The notes below the pieces were generated by a model that made no database searches, had not been told where the DNA came from, and saw nothing but the letters and a program-made list of their open reading frames with translations. The translations under genes were made by a program, and so were the position numbers. From the NCBI GenBank assembly GCA_964016885.1, contig CAXHJY010001074.1, positions 1 through 31,439 on the forward strand: 31,439 nucleotides of DNA. The letters are read 5' to 3'. This document shows, piece after piece, positions 16,704 to 27,743 of this stretch (positions are counted from its first letter, which is position 1; each line of letters starts with the position of its first letter). This DNA comes from Eledone cirrhosa (lineage: Eukaryota).

Positions 16704-17299
16704 GATACCCTTAGATTCCATGCATGAGATTCACCGAAGCATGCGCAGTCTTAACCGGGAGATGACATGCGAACTTGAAAATACCACAAGTGAGAGCCTC
16801 TGGATAACGTAGACGCCGGACCATACCTGCAAATATATACCCTGATCTGTCTTGAATATACAGGGCTGACGGAATATGGATAACACGACCACCATCTAAG
16901 CTGGAACCGACCCATACAGCATACAAAGAGGGGACAGCCCTTCGCTTTTGACCAGTCGCGTGTGGGCTTGGAGTTCGTAATATACCACCCCAGTCAAATC
17001 CACACTGATCTTTTTACCAATATAGCATGTAGACCAATACATCCTTGGACTTAGAACCGGCAGGCTGGTCTATCGCGAAAGCGTGCAACCCCTGAAACTA
17101 AAAGATCGAACGGACCACACCCAGCAACCACTAGCTATTAGATCCACAGGTACATTTCCCAGAGAGTCCACGCAGCTGATAGTGAATCCCAGTTGATCCG
17201 TGAACTATGAACTTTTATACAATACCAGCTGTACCTGTATCTATGCAGATGACTACATACGCATAATGGATATCGCGCCCACACGGTCACCAGTACTGT

Positions 17300-17560
17300 T
17301 CATCCTGTTGTATGTATGTAAATATCCGTGCGCAGGATATCCCTGAGTACATTTTCTTGACCATCAATTGTTAATCGATTGTTTGTTAATTAGGCAGGAA
17401 TATACCATTATGTCTGTGCTAATCCTATGTGTTGCTGTATGCGTGTAAAGTATCCGAGCGCGGGATATCCCTGAGCTAATTTTGCCTGACTGTTAATAGT
17501 GTTTTGATTACTTGTTAATTAGGCAGGAATATATATTATTATGTCTTGGTTAATCCTGTA
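17300..17560 (+). repeat. Diverged ~128-bp direct repeat (2 units)
   Basis: ggatatccctgag at 17335 and 17463; ttgttaattaggcaggaatata at 17383 and 17512. Confidence 0.8.
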
Positions 17561-18488
17561 TCAATAATTTTATCATAATTTTTTGTGATAATACATTGTT
17601 AGATTACTGAAGCTACCTTATACCTTCTTAAAAATACATTTTATAATTATTGTCTTTTTGCTTATGTATTTTCTTATTTACCACTTTCTTTAATCTTGCC
17701 CAACTTGATAAACTCTTTGAATTGCTCCCTAATTAAATTACTTAAATTACTTAAATTATTGTATCTATTATGCCTAAGTTGTATCTGTTGAAGCAGCCCT
17801 TTGAAAATTCCTCGGATATCCCAAATACCGTAATTTTTAACTTTTAATTTATAATTTTCCTCAATTCGTTTTTATATATATCCTTAAAGGCTCTCTAAAA
17901 TTTTAATTCTTCGAAGGGTCGCTCGGAGGAAGTTCCTATTAAAAATATTAAAGGGGCCTTTTCTGAGAGAATTATAGAAGGCTCTTTGAATTAACCTTTA
18001 ATTGATTAGTTTCTTTCAACTTAGTAGGGAATATCAAAACTTCGTAAGTTTTCTGAAATTTGTAAACGTGATCTCGGGGGAAGAAGGTTTTTTTCTTTCG
18101 GGGAAAAAAAAATTTTTCTCTCGAAGGAATTTCATAGGAAACTTTATATATTTTTTAGGGAAACTTTATATTTTTATTTTATATTTTATTAGCCTCTTAA
18201 TTTCTTCTAGTTTAGTAGGTTTATTGGAGCCTGTAAGCTTTATGCACTTATTGAGGGATTTTTTAAGGTGCTTCTACGGGACCCCAAGTCTTTTAGTTTA
18301 CTGTTAATGCGTAAATTATATATTATCTAATTTTTAACCTTCAATTCCTGACCCCGACAGCTAATATAAAAGAGCCCCCTTAGAATATAGACCCCAACTA
18401 TACAAGCGGAGCTGCTGATGTATACCACAATTTCAAACTGCTAGCCTTGAGTGATACGTTGATGTAAATAATGATCTTACAATCACAT

Positions 18489-18547
18489 GTTATATGCCTT
18501 GAAAAGTCCCACCATGTGGTCGGACGAAACGGCTGTCGGCAATAAAC
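18489..18547 (+). ncRNA. Hammerhead ribozyme, U3-A8 core variant (UUGAAAA)
   Basis: tgcc-TTGAAAA-gtcc(c acca tg tggt c)ggac-GAAA-CGGCTG-TC^ggca. Confidence 0.8.
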
Positions 18548-18698
18548 TTGTTATAATGTCATAATAGTTCCTTTGTTCTTTTTCACTAATATTTTTGCTC
18601 TGCGTATACGCATAGAGCTTAACTAGCTACCGTCACATATTTGGTAGGTCAGACGTGATCATCGCGATTCAATTACGACCTACCATACATCTTACTTA

Positions 18699-18918
<220 letters not shown>

Positions 18919-19102
18919 GGTGTTAAAGTTTGCTTGAAGCATTGTGAAATATGTAAAATATGTAGTTTAGAAGGCCACAACAATGCAGATGGGAAATCTC
19001 GAGGTAGGAAGTGAGTGAGAAATAGGAGAAAAGTGAAAATTGAGAGAAACGAAAAATCGAAAACAAAACAAAGGTAGAAGGGTTACCGTAGTGGAGATTT
19101 AA

Positions 19103-19139
19103 TCCCAATATTTCGGGCTCACGCCCATCAACGGGGGGA
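19103..19139 (-). ncRNA. Hammerhead-like variant motif, family A
   Basis: tcccaatatttcgggctcacgcccatcaacgggg identical to the other two copies despite divergent flanks. Confidence 0.5.
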
Positions 19140-19584
19140 AAGTTCCAAAAGGGGGGGAACAGGCTAAGCCAGAGAGAGTTGTATTGTCGTTAAAACATAG
19201 GAATGCCGTTATGGGGAAAAATTCAAACGAGGGAAAGAATGCGCGTGCGCGTGATAGGCTGTGGCAAAAGCTACTGACCAATTGGGTTAAATCAGTAGGG
19301 TGCGCTAGCGTGTGAAAGCCGTAAAATATGTGTGTGTAAATATATATGTGTGTGTAACTGTGTGTGTATATGTGTATGTGTGTATGTATGTGAGTGTGTG
19401 TGTGTGAAAGATAGTGGGCCGTAGAAGCTGGAAGTCAAAGGGTGTGAAAGGTGGTAGGTTGTATAAACATGTGTGCGTGTAAAATATAGATGTGTGTGTG
19501 TGTGTGTGTATGTGTATGGGTATACATATAAGTGCGTGTGTGTGAAAGATAGTAGGCCGTGGGGGCTGTTACTGGTCACTATGG

Positions 19585-22097
19585 TTAGATTAGCCATGTC
19601 AGCTCATTTCTCTCAGCCCGGTTGTTAAGTGGGGGTCTGAGGTTCTTAATAACAAGTGCTTCCTTTATCCTTAAGGATCCGATGCTGCGTTCAGTCGCTA
19701 GGACTGTGACCAAGGGTCTGCCCTGTGGGTTTCCGCATTTAAGGATGTGTTTACGGAAGGAAGATGCGTTGGTGTTGACATGTTCCTTGATACGAACATG
19801 TAGGGGTCGGATGGTGCTACCTATGTAAAACTTGTTACATTTATCGCATTAAATCTTATATACGACATAGGTGCGTAGGCAATCTGTCCCCCGTATCGGG
19901 CAGTTGCTGAGGGAACACGTCCCATCTGACTCGTCGGGTTTGGTGGAGAGGCATCTTCGGAGCGAAGGTCCTGTGTGGGCCAAATGTATGTCAAGTCCCT
20001 CCCTCCGTATGGCCCTGCGGATGGCGTTCGTGGTATATTCACTCAGGTGAGGGATTTTAAAGAAGCACCTGCTTTTATCTAAGTTTCTAGTGGGTGTCTG
20101 TCTATTGGGTCTGGGGTCTCTAATTTCGTTAATCAGTCGCTTGGGATATCCATTAGACGTGAGTAGATTACGGAATTGCGTGGTATGGGTGAGACCACCC
20201 ATCGGGTCGCTGCATCTATTAGTGATCCGTGTAAGTTCATTTAGGGCATAGCCTCTCTTAGCGTTGTTGGGGAGGGCTGAGTTGTAATGCACAAATAAGT
20301 CCTTGCACGCTGCCTTGCGGTAGAAGGTGGTGTTTATGTCTCCTTCTTCCGAGATGTTGATACGGAAGTTGAGGAGGGCGAGTGACCCGTCTTCTTCAGG
20401 GTGTTCGATGGTGAAATCGACGTGATGGTCAGTGTCGTTAAAGATTTGGTGAATTTCATTCGCCATTCCCCGGGAAGAAGTGAGTATCAGTATGTCATCA
20501 ACGTATCTGGAGTAGAAGGCGACGGCGTTGGGTTGGCAGGTGTTGAGTGCCTTGCGTTCCAGGTGGTCCATGTACGAGATCGCAAGTATGCCGGACAGAC
20601 TAGAGCCCATAGGTAGCCCAGAGATCTGTTTGTACGTGTGGCCGAGGAAATTGAAGAATGCATTATCCACAACGAAGGAGAGGAGTTGGTGGATGTCCAT
20701 ATGTGTGAGTCCGAAGCAGTGTAAGTTAGATGCTCGGACTCGTTCGGTCAACAGGTCGACGGCTGGGGATGCTGCTACGGAGGTATAAAGGGCGACCACA
20801 TCAAGACTGAAGGCATATCCGTTGTCTTTTCTGGTGTTGGGCGCCAGATGGTGTAGTTGCTCCAAGACCTCCTTTGAGCTGCAGACGTGGGCTGGTAGTG
20901 TGTGTAGAATGGGTTTCAGTAGTGTGGAGAGCAAACACGATATTTTGTAAAGTGGGCCTTCCACGCTAGAGACAATGGGCCTGATTTTCAAATCGGGTCC
21001 TTGTTTATGGGTTTTCACCAGGTGGTAGAAGGTGGGTAGTTTGCTGTTTCTAGTCATTATGTTATTTTTTACCTTCTTAGGCAGTTGTCGTTGGACACAG
21101 ATGTTAGTCCATATGGTGTTAATGCATTCCTCGATTAGAGTCGAGGAGGTCCCTGTGACTTTCGAGTAGAGGCTGTCGTCATTAAGATGTTGGAGAGCTA
21201 AGTTGTTGTAGGTCTCTCTCGAGATGACACAGAATTCTTTCCCCTTGTCAGAGGGAAGGTAAACAAGGTTCCTGGATCTTAGGTTGGTGAGAGTATTAAA
21301 TTGTGCATTGGTGAGGTTGCGTTTATTGTGTGTGTGTGTGTGTGTGTTGGGAAAGGGTGTTAGAGATAGAATGTTTCAAACTGAGTAGTTTAGTGTCAAG
21401 TTCGTGGTTGGTGGGTGGGGGGTGGAGTGGGTTTCCGAGGTGGTGCGTGGAGAGTGTGGGTGGGTTGTGGGGTTGTAATCGATCTCGGTGTTGTTTTGGA
21501 TGGCGGTTAGCCATTTCAGTTGATACGCTGTCCGACAGAAGTTGGTTTCAATGTCGAGTTTCAGTCTATCATCGAGACGCTGTGTAATGATGAACTTGGG
21601 TCCGAGGCGCAGGAGTTCGAGTTCGTCGTTGGTGAGGGTACCGGTTAGGTCGGTAACGAGGTGTGAAGCATCGTTGGTAGGTAGATCGCTGTTGGGGGTG
21701 TAGCGTAGGGTGTTGTATCGCTGTTGCCCCTGGTGTGGTTGTAGTCGGTCCGTCTGTGGGAGCGGATGTTGTCATTGTCGTATTTGTTTACAGTCCATTC
21801 GTATTTCCGTATAAGGCGCTGTTTATCGTATTTGACTCTGGTGTGGTAACACTGATCGATAGCTTCACGTATTTTCTGGACCTGGTGGTCAGGGGTGAGG
21901 GTTGGAGCTATACGATCTATGTGCTCGGAGAGCGTTTGTATATGGAGTCGCAGTTGATGGTGGTTATGTCGTAGTATTTTCTTGATAAACGTGCGTTGAA
22001 TGTGGCGGATGGTGTTTTGGAAGGATGGTAATCGTAAACATTCGGGTAAATGTATATTCCTGATGGTGGTTGGAATGATGTTGTTCTTTAGGCAGCG
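19585..22097 (-). pseudogene. PLE RT-GIY-YIG polyprotein, disrupted
   Basis: RCLKNNIIP, LRLGPKF, PSDKG, LVKTHK..IRPIVS, SLDVVALYT, GLPMGS, YSRYVDD, NGYP, VVYKI; nonsense CAA>TAA at 19849 and frameshifts, e.g. at the (CA)n near 21330-21346. Confidence 0.93.
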
Positions 22098-22429
22098 TTT
22101 TAAGCTTATGTTGGTTAAAGAGATTACGTATATTGTTCTTAATAATATTAAGGTTAACTATATTGCAATTTAAGATAGTAAAGAGTCCATAGTCACGATA
22201 AATTCCACCGCGAAGTTGAGGAATTTTTCGACTCAAAGAGTTCAAAATAAAGATACCAATTAAATCAGTCAATTGGGATGAATCGGATGCTCCCATTGTG
22301 ATGTCGAAGTTGTTAGAGGTATCGGCTCTGGTCCAATATTCGTTGTTGAACTCTGGGATGGTTTTACGTGCGGTGAGGATGATGTGAAGTTCATCTGTGG
22401 TGATGTCAGAATATTTGAGTGCGAAAGAT

Positions 22430-22910
22430 TTATGGTTTGGTACTTCTGAAGTGATTGGCTGATTCAACAAATTGGATAATAAAAACAAACTAAAATTTAT
22501 TCAATTTGATATTGCCAGCTACTATTCCTCCATTTCGCCTTCACTTCTCAATAATGCTCTATCTTTCGCACTCAAATATTCTGACATCACCACAGATGAA
22601 CTTCACATCATCCTCACCGCACGTAAAACCATCCTAGAGTTCAACAACGAATATTGGACCAGAGCCGATACCTCTAACAACTTCGACATCACAATGGGAG
22701 CATCCGATTCATCCCAATTGACTGATTTAATTGGTATCTTTATTTTGAACTCTTTGAGTCGGAAAATTCCTCAACTTCGCGGTGGAATTTATCGTGACGT
22801 TGGACTCTTTACTATCTTAAATTGCAATATAGTTAACCTTAATATTATTAAGAACAATATACGTAATCTCTTTAACCAACATAACCTAAAAATTGAATTT
22901 GATAACAGTA
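22430..22910 (+). pseudogene. PLE RT core fragment (Hydra-type, YRDD class)
   Basis: FIQFDIASYYSSI, FDITMGASDS, GGIYRD(V)GL; the inverted arm reads YRDY. Confidence 0.85.
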
Positions 22911-23175
22911 TCAATCTTTTCTCAAAGGCACATATACATACACCCCTTTTAAAATATACCCATCTTCCTACCTTACTTCAAAGGGTATTCTCTCTATCAC
23001 CCATCTCTCCCTCTCCACCTTCACTCTCATCTCCTCCCCTTTTTTTCATCCTTTCCACCCACCCCCCTCTCTAAATAAAATATTTTTCCCAATATCACAC
23101 ATCAATCTAAAACTACTTCTCATATGTTGATTTAAAACTGCACTATCCACAAGTGTTTTTTAGCCTTCATATCAT

Positions 23176-23261
23176 GTCCTCCTGTTTTATCTGATGAAAA
23201 CACAAATATTATTGCATGATGATGTTTGTTTTTGAAATGCGCATAATAAAATACATGGAAC
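23176..23261 (+). ncRNA. Minimal type I hammerhead ribozyme, family B
   Basis: CTGATGA 23191-23197 ... GAAA TGCGCA TA^ataaaata. Confidence 0.85.
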
Positions 23262-23379
23262 TTCTTTAACCATCTTTTGATCTTATATATTATGTATACT
23301 CCAGTCCTACAAACTGTAGAGTGCTTCTTATCCGATATCTGCATTGCTTTATTGTACTACAATAAAACTCACCTTCTAC

Positions 23380-23468
<89 letters not shown>

Positions 23469-23490
23469 ATATTATATATATATATATTAT

Positions 23491-25131
23491 ATCATCATCA
23501 TCATCATCAAGGTTTAGCGTCCGTGTTCCACGCTTGCATGGGTTTGGACGGGGGTTTTCCCACTTGAGGCAAGAGTGGTTGTCTTGCTCGCATAGGACTG
23601 TCTGGCGGGTTTTCTACAGCTGGATGCCCTTCCTAACACCAACCACATTTACAGTGTGGGGCTGGAAGGTTTTTACCGTGTTGCCTACACGGCCACATTA
23701 CAGCGTGGACTGTCTGGTGGGTTTTCTACAGCTGGATGCCCTTCCTAACACCAACCACATTTACAGTGTGGGGCTGGGAGGTTTTTACCGTGTTGCCTAC
23801 ACGGCCACATTTACAGCGTGGACTGTGTGTTTTTTTTTTTGTCGTGACACCTACACGATCTCATTTGTTTCGGCCTGGATGTTGTGGAACCAACATAACT
23901 TTACATTGAAAGGGGCGGTGTGGATGGGGTGGGGTGGCGGGACGGGGGGGGTGTTTTCATAGAGATACCTACTGACTGTAGTAGGTTTTACTTTGTATTT
24001 AGGTAAGGCGGGTCTTCTCTATTACTGAGTACCGCCAAAGGTCTCGGTCCAGTGACATTGTCTTGGAGAGGTGTAAGCGTGTGAGGTCGGAATTTATCAT
24101 GTCGTCCCAGGTTTTTCTGGGTCTGCCTACTCCGTGGCTACCGTCTATCTTTATTGCCCTGCACTTTGTTATACAGCTGTCGTCTTTCATGCGCATCACG
24201 TGACCGTACCAACGTAGCCTTCTCTCGAGTAAACAGCATCTGATCCCTCTTATTTCTAATTTTTTCCTTAGTTCGTTTATGCTTAGCCGTTCACGTATAT
24301 TACTATTGCACATCCAGCGGAGCATGCAAGCTTCGTTCCTCTCTAGTCTGCGTATATCCTCTGCACACAATGCCCAGGTCTCACTGCCATGCAGCATTGC
24401 TGTTCGTATGCAGGCATCGTATAACCTGCCTTTCATTTTTAGGGAGAACCCTTTAGCGGCTAATAGTGGTATAAGCTCTCTGAACCTTTTCCATCCAGTT
24501 CTGACTCTAGCTACTGTACTTTCAGAGCACCCTCCCCCACTGCTGATTTTGTCACCCAGGTAACGGAAGGTGTCCACTATTTCTATAGAACCCTCTGCGC
24601 AATTGAAAGAGCTGGCATTTTGTGGGCACTTGCTGCTACTTATTGCACCAGAGCACCGGCCACATGTAAAATCTATGTTCTTAGTTAGCTTACCTGTGAT
24701 CCCACTACATCTTTTATGCACCCATACTTTGCATTTGGGACATAAAATGGAGTTTCTACCTACTGGGACATAAAATGGAGGTTCTACACACTGAGCATGG
24801 CCATTTCCCGGAAGGGACCGCCGCCTTATTTTCTTTCCTACAAACTAGAACTTTAGTCTTAGCCAGGTTAATTTTAAGGCCTTTTGATTCTAGGCCGTGC
24901 TTCCATGTTTGGAATTTCTTCTCTAGTTCGGTCATTGATTCAGCTATGAGCGTTAGATCATCTGCGTATAGGAGTTCCCATGGGCAGCCGGTCTTGAACT
25001 CCTCTGTTATAGCCTGAAGGGCAAAAATAAATAGTAGGGGGGTAAGAACAGAGCCCTGATGGACACCAACTTTTACGCTAAACTCTTCACTATATTCGTT
25101 GTTAATTCTAACCTTGCGTGACTGTTTCTTT
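23491..25131 (-). mobile_element. 5'-truncated RTE-clade LINE with (TGA)n tail
   Basis: (atc)n at 23491-23508; 3'UTR with ~112-bp tandem duplication carrying ggatgcccttcc; RT C-terminal half. Confidence 0.9.
23999..25131 (-). pseudogene. RTE reverse transcriptase C-terminal half with PHD-type zinc finger
   Basis: GVHQGSVL, LLYADDL, KTKVL, CSVC..CPKC..HKRC..CGRC, FRYLG, HGSETW, RRLRWYGHV, GRPRKTW; frameshifted. Confidence 0.9.
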
Positions 25132-25196
<65 letters not shown>

Positions 25197-25246
25197 ATTA
25201 TATATATATATTATATATATATATTATATATATTATATATATATAT

Positions 25247-25278
<32 letters not shown>

Positions 25279-25359
25279 ATATATATTATATATATATATA
25301 TTACATATATATATATATATATTACATATATATATATATTATATATATATATATATTAC

Positions 25360-25396
<37 letters not shown>

Positions 25397-25489
25397 ATAA
25401 TATATATATATAATATATATATATGTAATATATATATATAATATGTATATATATGATATATATATATATAATATGTATATATATGATAT

Positions 25490-25586
<97 letters not shown>

Positions 25587-25607
25587 AAGAAACAGTCAGC
25601 AAGGTTA

Positions 25608-25650
<43 letters not shown>

Positions 25651-25658
25651 TATATATA

Positions 25659-25725
<67 letters not shown>

Positions 25726-25726
25726 G

Positions 25727-25781
<55 letters not shown>

Positions 25782-25794
25782 GTATATATATATG

Positions 25795-25828
<34 letters not shown>

Positions 25829-25852
25829 TGTGTATATATATATATATGTATA

Positions 25853-25933
<81 letters not shown>

Positions 25934-25966
25934 CATATGTATATATATATATATGTATATATATAC

Positions 25967-26156
<190 letters not shown>

Positions 26157-26160
26157 GAAC

Positions 26161-26247
26161 GTTCAACTATCTGGCAGATGGGTATACGGTGCTGATGATA
26201 GCTAACAAGCTTGAAACTAGTACATCGTTCCTGTGTCAGTGTTGAAC
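26161..26247 (+). ncRNA. Canonical minimal hammerhead with long extended stem I in a ~200-bp island (26154-26355)
   Basis: gttcaac..ctggca..acggtg-CTGATGA(26192-26198)-t agct(aaca)agct t-GAAA-CTAG-TA^catcgt..tgtcag.gttgaac. Confidence 0.85.
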
Positions 26248-26400
26248 AAAAAGGTGACGTGGTTGCCTTGGCACCGTATGGCATAAATTCAGGCTGTTCA
26301 GTTTGTTTACAAACGAACAAAGCGGCGTTATAATAAGCGTCCTCTAAACTGATGCGTGCATATATGTATGTGTACCTGTATGTATGTATGTATATATATG

Positions 26401-26468
<68 letters not shown>

Positions 26469-26581
26469 TGCTACTGTACGTCTGTATACATATATGTATG
26501 TACGTATACATACATACTTACATTTAAGTAAGTGCCATACTAAGAGTGAGAAATGAAATTTCGTTTTCATTTTTTTCAGCT

Positions 26582-26731
<150 letters not shown>

Positions 26732-26734
26732 ATG

Positions 26735-26801
<67 letters not shown>

Positions 26802-26863
26802 GTATGTATATATATATATATATATTATATATATATATATACATTATATATATTTGTTTCTAT

Positions 26864-26985
26864 TTTAGGCACAAGGCCACCAATTACCCAGTGCATTACT
26901 GGTACTTTATTTTATCGACCCCGTAAGGATGAAAGGCAAAGTCAACCTCGGCGGGATTTGAACTCAGATCGTAAAGGGACGTAAC
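26864..26985 (-). mobile_element. tRNA-derived SINE fragment (Meta/MESC-like core)
   Basis: Pol III B box GTTCAAATCC (26954-26963, minus), followed by GCCTTTCATCCTT.CGGGGTCGATAAAAT..GTACCAG. Confidence 0.7.
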
Positions 26986-27018
26986 TATATATTATATATA
27001 TATTATATATATATATAT

Positions 27019-27050
<32 letters not shown>

Positions 27051-27056
27051 ATATAT

Positions 27057-27090
<34 letters not shown>

Positions 27091-27096
27091 ATGTAT

Positions 27097-27134
<38 letters not shown>

Positions 27135-27502
27135 ATATTATATATATATATATTATATATTATATATATATATATATTATATATATATATATATATTATA
27201 TATATATGTATATTATATATATATATATATTATATATATATATTATATATATATATATTATATATATATATATAATATATATTATATATATATATATTAT
27301 ATATATATATATAATATATATTATATATATATATATTTTATATATATATATTGTTATACTTTGGGAGGGTCATGTTGCTAATAATAAACACACGCACCAG
27401 TTGCTTTCACTTCAATTTATTATAATAAATTTATAATAAATTTATAAATTTATAAATTTCTGGTTGGTTGTTGGTTCCACAACCAGATAGTTGTTTATAT
27501 AT

Positions 27503-27547
27503 AGTCATAGTTCTTTCGTCACACACTCTGTGACCTCTTCAGTGACT
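27503..27547 (-). ncRNA. Minimal hammerhead ribozyme, family G
   Basis: agtca-CTGAAGA-g-gtcaca(gagtg)tgtgac-GAAA-GAAC-TA^tgact. Confidence 0.8.
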
Positions 27548-27743
27548 GGGGATTCCTTTCTTTCTGTGCCTTTCCTTTGTTCTGTCCTACGCCATTTTGT
27601 TTCTGTGTGTGTGTTGTGTGCTCAGTCTGCGCATGCGCCACATCCGGGTGTCTGTGTGTGTTTATGTTCATTTATTTATTTGTTTATTTACATGTTACTG
27701 GTTGGTTGTTTGTTCTGTGTGTGTGTGTGTTTTCATTTTGTCC

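Larger units (their letters stand above)
22098..23380 (+). mobile_element. PLE family B copy with 5' inversion and two internal deletions
   Basis: 22098-22429 is the reverse complement of 22561-22890; RT jumps to 3'UTR near 22910 (cf. 5966) and again near 22988 (cf. 6562); full tail ends at 23380. Confidence 0.9.

Noticed and set aside
17197-17345. In-frame YADD in family F
   Set aside because: No upstream QG/MG motif B' or other RT motifs and a stop 16 codons upstream; likely chance.
17760-18420. Possible mitochondrial rRNA insertion (NUMT)
   Set aside because: Composition is suggestive, but I found no conserved 12S/16S motifs on either strand.
20401-20788. Antisense ORFs over PLE RT (also 28954-29890)
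   Set aside because: Shadows of the coding strand with no recognisable motifs.
22460-22462. In-frame TGA as selenocysteine (some Naiad PLEs are selenoproteins)
   Set aside because: It falls at a likely Trp position (TGG>TGA) in family B; the family G linker cysteines are TGT codons.
23595-23820. Separate SINE pair in the LINE 3' region
   Set aside because: No Pol III boxes seen; better explained as a ~112-bp tandem duplication within the RTE 3'UTR.
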